This document shows positions 48,135 to 54,702 of a DNA stretch of 56,324 nucleotides, piece after piece; within the stretch, counting starts at the first letter, position 1, and every line of letters begins with the position of its first letter. Made by a program: the position numbers and the translations under genes. The notes under the pieces are model-generated. The model did no database searches, was not told the DNA's origin, and saw only the letters and a program-made list of their open reading frames with translations. Where the stretch lies: IMG/VR virus record IMGVR_UViG_3300047369_000502, positions 1-56,324 of that record. The stretch is one strand, 5' to 3'. Source of the DNA: a virus. Taxonomy: Duplodnaviria; Caudoviricetes.

Positions 48135-48608
48135 ATGAAATTAATACTCGTAGGTAAAGCAGCCGCAGGCAAAGATTTTTTAAAGAATAGATTATCAAAT
48201 AAAGGATTTATTAGTGGCGTTAGTCATACAACTAGACCTCCAAGAGAAAATGAAGTTAATCATGTAGATTATCATTTTGTCGATAAGCAAGAATTTGAAG
48301 ATATGATTTCTTGTGGAGATTTTGTCGAGTATATGGAATTTAATGGATGGTATTATGGTCAAACCAAAAAGGATTTCGATCTTGCAGATGTAATGATTAT
48401 GAGTAAAGATGGTTTAGATATGTTACCAAAAGAATATAGAGACCAGTGTCTGGTAATTTGGTTAGACCCACCTAGAATTGCTAGAGTCGAAAGATTAGAA
48501 CATAGAAATGATAAAAACGATTCTATAGTTAGAAGAATGAACACTGATGATGAACAATTTAAAGGGTTTAAAGATTATGACCTACGTATAAAAAACGAAG
48601 ACTTTTAA
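48135..48608 (+). CDS. gmk: Guanylate kinase-like protein
   Basis: GKAAAGKD P-loop, SHTTRPPRENE..VDYHF, NGWYYG. Confidence 0.88.
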   Translation: MKLILVGKAAAGKDFLKNRLSNKGFISGVSHTTRPPRENEVNHVDYHFVDKQEFEDMISCGDFVEYMEFNGWYYGQTKKDFDLADVMIMSKDGLDMLPKEYRDQCLVIWLDPPRIARVERLEHRNDKNDSIVRRMNTDDEQFKGFKDYDLRIKNEDF

Positions 48609-48638
48609 AACAGAGATAGATAAATTAAATTAATAAAC

Positions 48639-49145
48639 ATGACAAATCTAGAACAAAAAAGAAAAGAGATTGTTGAGAATCTCGATCAATTGCAAGTTGA
48701 ATCTTCAGAAAAAAGATTTAACATCAATTTTGATGACATTAAGATGATTAAGACTTTGATGGAGCATCTTAATAAAGGTTATACTTGGAAAACAGCGAAC
48801 GCTGCAGTACTAGTTACACTATATGACCAATTAAAATCTCAACACAAAGAGTTAGTTAATGCTGAAGAAACTCCAGAAGTTTATTCTATTGCACTAAGAG
48901 GACATGAGTTGAATGCTCTTTATCAAGCACTTTTAAATGTGGAAGGAGTTGGTATCGCAAGTGCACGTAGATTTATTACAATGTTGACTCAAGTCGGTCA
49001 AACTGTAGGTGAAGCTATGGAAGAATTAGCAGCTAATAACACTGAAATCAACGCATTACATACACAACTTTCTGAAATAGAAGCTGAAATTAAAGCTGAA
49101 AACGCAGAAGAAGTTGAGCCTGAACTTGAAGCTTCAAGTAAGTAA
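48639..49145 (+). CDS. Hypothetical helical protein
   Basis: 168-aa ORF. Confidence 0.7.
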   Translation: MTNLEQKRKEIVENLDQLQVESSEKRFNINFDDIKMIKTLMEHLNKGYTWKTANAAVLVTLYDQLKSQHKELVNAEETPEVYSIALRGHELNALYQALLNVEGVGIASARRFITMLTQVGQTVGEAMEELAANNTEINALHTQLSEIEAEIKAENAEEVEPELEASSK

Positions 49146-49173
49146 TCATTTTAAGTAACAAATTAGATTAATT

Positions 49174-49203
49174 TCCGAAGGTGTTTATACGCCTTCGGAT
49201 TTT
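49174..49203 (+). terminator. Intrinsic terminator
   Basis: TCCGAAGGTGT-TTAT-ACGCCTTCGGA followed by TTTT. Confidence 0.75.
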
Positions 49204-49232
49204 AACGTTAAAATAAAAGTGGTATATACCAT

Positions 49233-49751
49233 ATGAAATACTTTGTAACATCTAACTTACAGCTTGGTAGACCAGGCGCAATTAAATTGTATAAAAGACC
49301 ATATTCTTCTGTTGAAGAAATGAATAAAGATTTAATTTCTAAATGGAACGAATTAGTCGAACCAAATGACACCGTTTATCATTTAGGTAATTTTGCGTGG
49401 GACCCTAAAACTGCACAAGATGCAATTACAAACTTAAATGGTAAAATATTTTTTATTTTAGGAGAATCAGACCAAGCTTTATTGACACTGAATGAAAAGA
49501 AAATGTTACCTAGTAAATGTCAAATTTTAAGGGACATTACTCGATCAGAACATCCAGATTGTCAATGTGTATTTTCATATTGGCCACTTGCATCTTGGGA
49601 AAAAGCAACTAAAAACTGGTCAGTTATTGGTTATCCTAAAAAATCATTTAAGTCCGATCCTAAGAAAAGGATTATTAATGCTTCCACAGATCTGTGGGGC
49701 AACAAACCTCAAGATTTAGAAAAACTCGTAGGTATTTTTCAAGACTTTTAA
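49233..49751 (+). CDS. Calcineurin-like metallophosphoesterase homologue with substituted metal ligands
   Basis: TSNLQLG, RPY.SVEEMN..LI.KWN..V...DTVYHLGNF, ILGESD, SYWPL. Confidence 0.75.
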   Translation: MKYFVTSNLQLGRPGAIKLYKRPYSSVEEMNKDLISKWNELVEPNDTVYHLGNFAWDPKTAQDAITNLNGKIFFILGESDQALLTLNEKKMLPSKCQILRDITRSEHPDCQCVFSYWPLASWEKATKNWSVIGYPKKSFKSDPKKRIINASTDLWGNKPQDLEKLVGIFQDF

Positions 49752-49783
49752 ATTGTTCGTAACTTTTTAAGCCCAGATTTTTT

Positions 49784-49809
49784 TATGTCAAAAATTTGTG
49801 GTATATTAG
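49784..49809 (+). promoter_or_regulatory. Early-type promoter
   Basis: TATGTCA-N10-GTATATTAG. Confidence 0.65.
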
Positions 49810-49835
49810 TACTGTATTTAAAAGCTGATAATAAT

Positions 49836-50060
49836 ATGATTAGAGAAAAACAACCAAAATCCGAAATTGTAATCGACCTGACAGGTCCAGATGGAAATGC
49901 ATTTGCCCTTATGGGTTATGCTAAAAGTTTTGGTAAGCAAGTTGGTATGAGTGAGTCTTATATCAAGGATATGTTAGACAGAATGATGAGTTCAGATTAT
50001 GAAAACTTAATTAAGGTTTTTGATGATGAATTTGGTTCTGTTGTAATTTTAGAAAGATAA
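49836..50060 (+). CDS. Conserved phage hypothetical protein
   Basis: IDLTGPDGNAFALMG...MMSSDYENLI; ATG at 49836 lies downstream of the promoter. Confidence 0.7.
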   Translation: MIREKQPKSEIVIDLTGPDGNAFALMGYAKSFGKQVGMSESYIKDMLDRMMSSDYENLIKVFDDEFGSVVILER

Positions 50061-50108
50061 TTTTAACTTTTATGTAAATTTTCCATAAAGTATGTAATTA
50101 TACTATAT

Positions 50109-50309
50109 ATGGAAAACAAAATTAAAACACCAATAACACAACTTATTGAGCAATTTGAGTCAGAGTTGCATTATGATACAACAAGACAAGGATTAAAGTA
50201 TGCTATTGAAATTGCAAAGAGAATGCTAAAAAAAGAACAGAAAATGATGTGCTGGTTTGCTCAAGAGTGGCACGAAGTAAAAACTAAAAATAAATTTGAA
50301 AAAAATTAA
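50109..50309 (+). CDS. Hypothetical protein
   Basis: 66-aa ORF. Confidence 0.6.
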   Translation: MENKIKTPITQLIEQFESELHYDTTRQGLKYAIEIAKRMLKKEQKMMCWFAQEWHEVKTKNKFEKN

Positions 50310-50322
50310 CCCAGAATTTTTT

Positions 50323-50348
50323 TATGTCATGGGAATTTTGTATATTTA
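50323..50348 (+). promoter_or_regulatory. Early-type promoter driving the ECF sigma gene
   Basis: TATGTCA-N10-GTATATTTA. Confidence 0.6.
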
Positions 50349-50379
50349 CTACTTATTAATAACTTAAAAACATATATTT

Positions 50380-50991
50380 ATGCCTAAACAAAAACAACTC
50401 ACGTACCGCGAACTATCTGAAAACTTTATTAAATCAAAATCTGAAAAAGATTACCTTGCGCTTTACAATCGTGTAAAACCAGGTCTTAGGAATTACATTA
50501 AGAATGTAGTTAAAGACATTGACGTCGCAGAAGATATTACCACAAATACTCTTACCAAAATGTGGACAAAAATCGATCAATACGATCCAAAATATCAAAT
50601 CACTACATGGCTCTATAGAATCGCGTTTAATGAATGTTTAGGTTGGATTCGTCAACGTAATAGCAAATATAGTTTAGATGCTATGAAAGAATATGGTATC
50701 GAAGTTTCTGAACATTACGCACATACAAGTGCCCATGACCTTTTGATAGAAACAGAAATGAAATCAGAACAAGATTGGTATGATGAAGATGCAGCTCTTA
50801 TGACTAGATATGAATTAGCTTTGACTAATATCAATAATCTTAAACCAATGTACAAGGGTATTATTGAAGATAGACTCATTAATAATATGAAATATGAAGA
50901 CATTGCAGCAAAACATAAGTTGCCACTTCAAACTATCAAAAATAGAATCCGTAGAGGTAAGGCAATTATTGCAGAAAAAATGGATTATTAA
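50380..50991 (+). CDS. ECF (group 4) sigma-70 factor
   Basis: Region 2 AEDI...TKMW..IDQYDP...TTWLYRIAFNECL; region 4 MKYEDIA....PLQTIKNRIRRGK. Confidence 0.9.
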   Translation: MPKQKQLTYRELSENFIKSKSEKDYLALYNRVKPGLRNYIKNVVKDIDVAEDITTNTLTKMWTKIDQYDPKYQITTWLYRIAFNECLGWIRQRNSKYSLDAMKEYGIEVSEHYAHTSAHDLLIETEMKSEQDWYDEDAALMTRYELALTNINNLKPMYKGIIEDRLINNMKYEDIAAKHKLPLQTIKNRIRRGKAIIAEKMDY

Positions 50992-50993
50992 AT

Positions 50994-51020
50994 GAAACCT
51001 CTTCATTTTACATGGTATAA
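50994..51020 (+). promoter_or_regulatory. Middle-type promoter
   Basis: GAAAC 50994-98, TATAA 51016-20. Confidence 0.65.
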
Positions 51021-51062
51021 TAATTGAAACATACCTAATTTACATTTCAAAATTATATTAAA

Positions 51063-52103
51063 ATGCGACAAGCACTTACTTACGATGACATTCAGCTCAT
51101 CCCTAATTACTCCGACGTGCAAACGCGTCAAACTATCGATCTAGCAACTTCAGTTAGTAGAAATTGGTCAATTAATATTCCAATTGTTGGTTCGTGTATG
51201 GACACTGTAACAGAATATGAAATGGCAGCAACGCTCATGGAAATGGGAGGAGTTGGTTGTATTCATCGATTTATGTCTATTGAAGAACAAGTAGCACAAG
51301 TGAAAAAACTAGTTGCATATCGAGACACTGACCTCACTCTTTCACATCTTCCTATTATGGCAGCAGTTGGAGTTGTTGGTGATTATCTTGATCGAGCAGT
51401 AGAACTTGAAAACGCAGGATGTAACATTATTTTAGTTGATGTTGCCCATGGCCACCACTCTAATATGGAAGTGGCATTGGCTGAATTAAAGGCAAATCTA
51501 ACTGAAGGAGTTACTGACGTAATTGCTGGAAATATTGCTACCGCAGAAGCTGCAGAAGATTTGATTAATTGGGGTGCAGATGGACTTCGAGTTGGTATTG
51601 GAGGAGGTTCTCTTTGTACCACTCGTATTAAAACAGGGTTTGGTGTTCCAAATGTAACTTCTATCGAAGAGGTATTTAAAGTAGCAGAAGGTGCAGGTGT
51701 GCCAATTATGGCAGATGGTGGAATCAAATCATCTGGAGATATCGCTAAAGCATTGGCAGTTGGAGCAGATTGCGTGATGGTTGGTTCGTTATTGGCTGGA
51801 ACTAAAGAATCTCCAGGCGCAATTTTGGAAACTCCACAGGGTCTTTACAAAAGATATCGAGGTTCTGCATCACTAGAAACTAAAGTCACACATGGTCAGA
51901 AGTCAAGAAATGTGGAAGGCGAGTCTACCACAATTCCATTTAAAGGTGGTGTCAAATTTATTATCAATGGTCTAACCGATGGAATTCGATCAGCATTTTC
52001 ATATGCAGGTTCTGACAATATTATTGATTATTACGCACGTGCAGATTACAATGTAGTAACTAACGCAGGTCTTGCTGAGGCAAAACCACACCTTATTAAA
52101 TAA
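51063..52103 (+). CDS. IMPDH/GMP reductase family enzyme without CBS domains; more likely GMP reductase
   Basis: LTYDDI, MDTVT, DVAHGH, GIGGGSLCTT, ADGGI, YRGSAS...NVEG; lacks the IMPDH flap RY dyad. Confidence 0.85.
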   Translation: MRQALTYDDIQLIPNYSDVQTRQTIDLATSVSRNWSINIPIVGSCMDTVTEYEMAATLMEMGGVGCIHRFMSIEEQVAQVKKLVAYRDTDLTLSHLPIMAAVGVVGDYLDRAVELENAGCNIILVDVAHGHHSNMEVALAELKANLTEGVTDVIAGNIATAEAAEDLINWGADGLRVGIGGGSLCTTRIKTGFGVPNVTSIEEVFKVAEGAGVPIMADGGIKSSGDIAKALAVGADCVMVGSLLAGTKESPGAILETPQGLYKRYRGSASLETKVTHGQKSRNVEGESTTIPFKGGVKFIINGLTDGIRSAFSYAGSDNIIDYYARADYNVVTNAGLAEAKPHLIK

Positions 52104-52290
52104 TTTTAACATTTAAAACTTTCGGGTTTAAAATTCTTGTGGTATATTAGTACTGTATTTAAAACAAACAACAAATGGTTTATCTAATTTATTTTGCGAT
52201 TGTGACTTACATGTTCTATCTTTCTTATCAACAAGAATTTTAACATTTAAAATTTTCAGATTTAAAATTTCTGTGGTATATTAGCCATGT
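52102..52290 (+). repeat. Duplicated ~50-bp promoter cassette (AATTTTAACATTTAAAA...TTTAAAATT...TGTGGTATATTAG)
   Basis: Copies at about 52102-52150 and 52236-52284. Confidence 0.8.
52175..52243 (+). CDS. Hydrophobic micropeptide (22 aa)
   Basis: MVYLIYFAIVTYMFYLSYQQEF; A-rich leader after the promoter cassette. Confidence 0.5.
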   Translation: MVYLIYFAIVTYMFYLSYQQEF

Positions 52291-52311
52291 ATCATTAATC
52301 AAAACAAAAAC

Positions 52312-52446
52312 ATGAATTACGAAATTGAACTTCTCCAAACTGCGGGTTACACTGCGAACGAAATTAATAACATGTCTCAGTACCGTCGCCGAAATTTGGC
52401 TCTTGAAATTGAGATGGAATTAGAGGCTATTGGGGAAAGTATTTAA
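52312..52446 (+). CDS. Small hypothetical protein (44 aa)
   Basis: MNYEIELLQTAGYTANEINNMSQYRRRNLALEIEMELEAIGESI; A-rich leader after the promoter cassette. Confidence 0.6.
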   Translation: MNYEIELLQTAGYTANEINNMSQYRRRNLALEIEMELEAIGESI

Positions 52447-52522
52447 AAAAACAAAAGAGTGGATAGTTAGTATAACTATTCCAATATGGTTCAGAGGTTT
52501 AAAGAAACCTAGAATCTGGAAC

Positions 52523-52533
52523 GTTCTTTGACA
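52523..52533 (+). promoter_or_regulatory. boxA-like antitermination element upstream of the tRNA array
   Basis: GTTCTTTGACA preceded by two hairpins. Confidence 0.5.
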
Positions 52534-52553
52534 TAATACATAGTACTACGAAT

Positions 52554-52639
52554 GCCCGAGTGGTGGAATTGGTAGACACGAGGGACTTAAAATCCCTTGG
52601 ACAGTAATGTCCGTGACGGTTCGAGCCCGTCCTCGGGTA
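52554..52639 (+). tRNA. tRNA-Leu(TAA) copy 1
   Basis: Cloverleaf with long variable arm; AGGGA-CT-TAA-AA-TCCCT. Confidence 0.95.
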
Positions 52640-52641
52640 CT

Positions 52642-52732
52642 AAAGAGAAGTAGTGAAGCTACAATGATATAGAAAAAGGTAAGGGTTAACCTCTATATCG
52701 TAGTAACCCCGAAAGACCCGAAACTTCTCTTT
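52642..52732 (+). ncRNA. Unassigned structured RNA between tRNAs, possible pseudoknot
   Basis: 10-bp closing stem, 8-bp inner stem, loop GGGTTA complementary to downstream TAACCC. Confidence 0.5.
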
Positions 52733-52737
52733 TTTAT

Positions 52738-52811
52738 GGACCAGTAGCTCAGCTGGATAGAGCATCTGCCTTCTAAGCAGACGGTCACAGGTTCGAATCC
52801 TGTCTGGTTCA
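52738..52811 (+). tRNA. tRNA-Arg(TCT)
   Basis: TCTGC-CT-TCT-AA-GCAGA; canonical D and T arms. Confidence 0.95.
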
Positions 52812-52820
52812 CTAAAACAT

Positions 52821-52936
52821 GGGGAGTTAGTCAAATAGGTACGACGCTCCAGCTATAAGGCCGAAAACATCATACTAGTTACGAGATGCGATTAGGCTTG
52901 TTGGCAGAAGTAGGGGTTCGAATCCCCTACTCCCCC
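52821..52936 (+). ncRNA. tRNA-like RNA with a ~61-nt elongated arm in place of the anticodon arm
   Basis: Acceptor GGGGAGT/ACTCCCC, D arm GTC..GG..GAC, T arm AGGGG-TTCGAAT-CCCCT; no 7-nt anticodon loop. Confidence 0.7.
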
Positions 52937-52939
52937 GCT

Positions 52940-53011
52940 CTTAGATAGGTTTAACAACCGAACAACGAGGCGTCAAATCTCACGCCTACAAGTCGAAAGA
53001 CGGAGTCTAAG
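52940..53011 (+). ncRNA. Unassigned multi-branch structured RNA between tRNA-like genes
   Basis: CTTAGA/TCTAAG closing three hairpins (GGTT/AACC, AGGCGT/ACGCCT, GTC-GAAA-GAC). Confidence 0.45.
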
Positions 53012-53023
53012 TGGAGTAAATAT

Positions 53024-53109
53024 GCCGGAATGGTGGAATTGGTAGACACGAGGGACTTAAAATCCCTTGGACAGTAATGTCCGTGACGGTTCGAGCCCGT
53101 CTTCCGGTA
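53024..53109 (+). tRNA. tRNA-Leu(TAA) copy 2
   Basis: Body identical to copy 1, different acceptor stem. Confidence 0.95.
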
Positions 53110-53167
53110 CAAATCACAACACACATCGAGTCTTGCACCTCTACAAAATTAAAGGTGTTATCAATAT

Positions 53168-53241
53168 GGGAATGTAGCTCAGTTGGTTAGAGCAGGACTC
53201 TTATATAGTCAAGGTCAGGGGTTCAAGTCCCTTCATTCCTA
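53168..53241 (+). tRNA. tRNA-Ile(TAT)
   Basis: GACT-CT-TAT-AT-AGTC anticodon arm; A73. Confidence 0.85.
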
Positions 53242-53259
53242 CCGCGTGTGAGGTGAATA

Positions 53260-53332
53260 GATTTCGTAGCTCAGTTGGTAGAGCATTTGACTTTTAATCA
53301 AAGGGTCGTGGGTTCGAGCCCCACCGGAATCA
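53260..53332 (+). tRNA. tRNA-Lys(TTT)
   Basis: TTTGA-CT-TTT-AA-TCAAA. Confidence 0.95.
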
Positions 53333-53339
53333 CATCGAT

Positions 53340-53414
53340 GGTGACTATAGCTCAGTTGGTTAGAGCGCCTGATTGTGGTTCAGGAGGTCGTCGGTTCGAA
53401 CCCGATTAGTCACC
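53340..53414 (+). tRNA. tRNA-His(GTG)
   Basis: Encoded G-1 and C73; CCTGA-TT-GTG-GT-TCAGG. Confidence 0.95.
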
Positions 53415-53462
53415 CTAACCTACCTTCGACGATATATACAATACCAAAAATAAAACATTAAC

Positions 53463-54185
53463 ATGCAAGGTATTGCTATTATTGGAAACGGAGAAATAGG
53501 TTCTTCTTTAGCTAGAGTTTATCAAGCAAAAGACATAGAACCTATGATTAAAGATTTAGATCTGGACACTGTAAATTCAAAGGTTAAGATTTTAAATATA
53601 TGTTTACCTTATTCGGTAAAATTTGTAGAAATTACAAATGCATATATTGAAGAATATCAACCTGAAATTACAATAATACATTCTACTGTTCCTGTTGGAA
53701 CTACTAAAGAATTAAATGGACCATGTGTTCATTCGCCAGTAAGAGGTGTACACCCAAATCTAAAACAAGGTATAGAAACGTTCTATAAATTTATTGGCTA
53801 TAATAATACTCAAGATTTAGAAGTCGTAAAAGAACATTATAGTCAATTAGATATAAAATGGATTGAGGTAGAAAACTCAGATGCAACGGAGTTAGCTAAA
53901 TTAACAAGTACTACGTATTATGGTTTATGTATTGCATGGCACGGAGAAATGAAGAAAATGTGTGATAAACACAATATTGATTTTGACGTGATTAATAAAT
54001 GGACAGAAACTTACAATTCAGGATATATTGAATTAGATATGCCAGGAGTTGTAAGACCGAATTTATATCCACCTTCAAATGGTATCGGTGGACATTGTGT
54101 AATTCAAAACACAGAGTTATTATTAACTCAATTTGAAAGTATGGCGCTCGATCTTATAGTACAATATAAGAAGGGTAACAAATAG
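53463..54185 (+). CDS. UDP-glucose/GDP-mannose dehydrogenase family protein (lacks the C-terminal UDP-binding domain)
   Basis: IIGNGEIG, ICLP, HSTVPVGTT, HSP.RG, ELAKL, GIGGHC; late motif at 53431. Confidence 0.8.
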   Translation: MQGIAIIGNGEIGSSLARVYQAKDIEPMIKDLDLDTVNSKVKILNICLPYSVKFVEITNAYIEEYQPEITIIHSTVPVGTTKELNGPCVHSPVRGVHPNLKQGIETFYKFIGYNNTQDLEVVKEHYSQLDIKWIEVENSDATELAKLTSTTYYGLCIAWHGEMKKMCDKHNIDFDVINKWTETYNSGYIELDMPGVVRPNLYPPSNGIGGHCVIQNTELLLTQFESMALDLIVQYKKGNK

Positions 54186-54258
54186 GTCTGGTAGTTCAGT
54201 TGGTTAGAATACATGCCTGTCACGCATGGGGTCGCGGGTTCGAGTCCCGTCCAGACCG
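54185..54258 (+). tRNA. tRNA-Asp(GTC)
   Basis: CATGC-CT-GTC-AC-GCATG; first G is shared with the upstream TAG stop. Confidence 0.95.
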
Positions 54259-54322
54259 CAAAATTGTACTTTGAAACAATTTTATCAAGACATATATAAA
54301 AATTGGCTGCCAGTCAAGTATT

Positions 54323-54394
54323 GGCCCCTTCGTCTATCGGTTAGGACGCCAGGTTTTCATCCTGGAAAGAGGAGTTCGATTCTCCTAGGGGCTA
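54323..54394 (+). tRNA. tRNA-Glu(TTC)
   Basis: CCAGG-TT-TTC-AT-CCTGG; middle promoter at 54273-99. Confidence 0.95.
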
Positions 54395-54403
54395 CAATTT
54401 AAT

Positions 54404-54476
54404 TGGGCTGTGGTGTAACTGGCAACACGTCTGGTTTTGGTCCAGAAGAGTCGGGGTTCGATCCCCTGCGGCCCAA
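54404..54476 (+). tRNA. tRNA-Gln(TTG)
   Basis: T1-A72; TCTGG-TT-TTG-GT-CCAGA. Confidence 0.93.
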
Positions 54477-54702
54477 CAATTTAAGAATTAACATATTGAC
54501 AATAATATGTTAATTTTTTTGATAAAATGTGAAACCTTTTTATTATATTGGGTATAATAGTCCAATTAACAAAGAATGAACAAAAATTCATTGAACACAT
54601 TAACAAAATCTGCAAAATACTTAAACGCAGTAAGCTTTATCAAGAATCCTAGAGTTGTTTTTACAGCCGGATAGAGTTTTATATTAACCAAATTAATTTA
54701 TT

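Noticed and set aside
52642-52732. Type III hammerhead ribozyme call
   Set aside because: The GTA and GAAAC stem-III pattern is present, but there is no CTGANGA core or proper stem II; kept as an unassigned RNA.
52821-52936. tmRNA, tRNA-Sec or group I intron-containing tRNA
   Set aside because: Too short, no tag ORF or G3-U70, no TCA anticodon or extended acceptor stem, and the insert is only ~44 nt.
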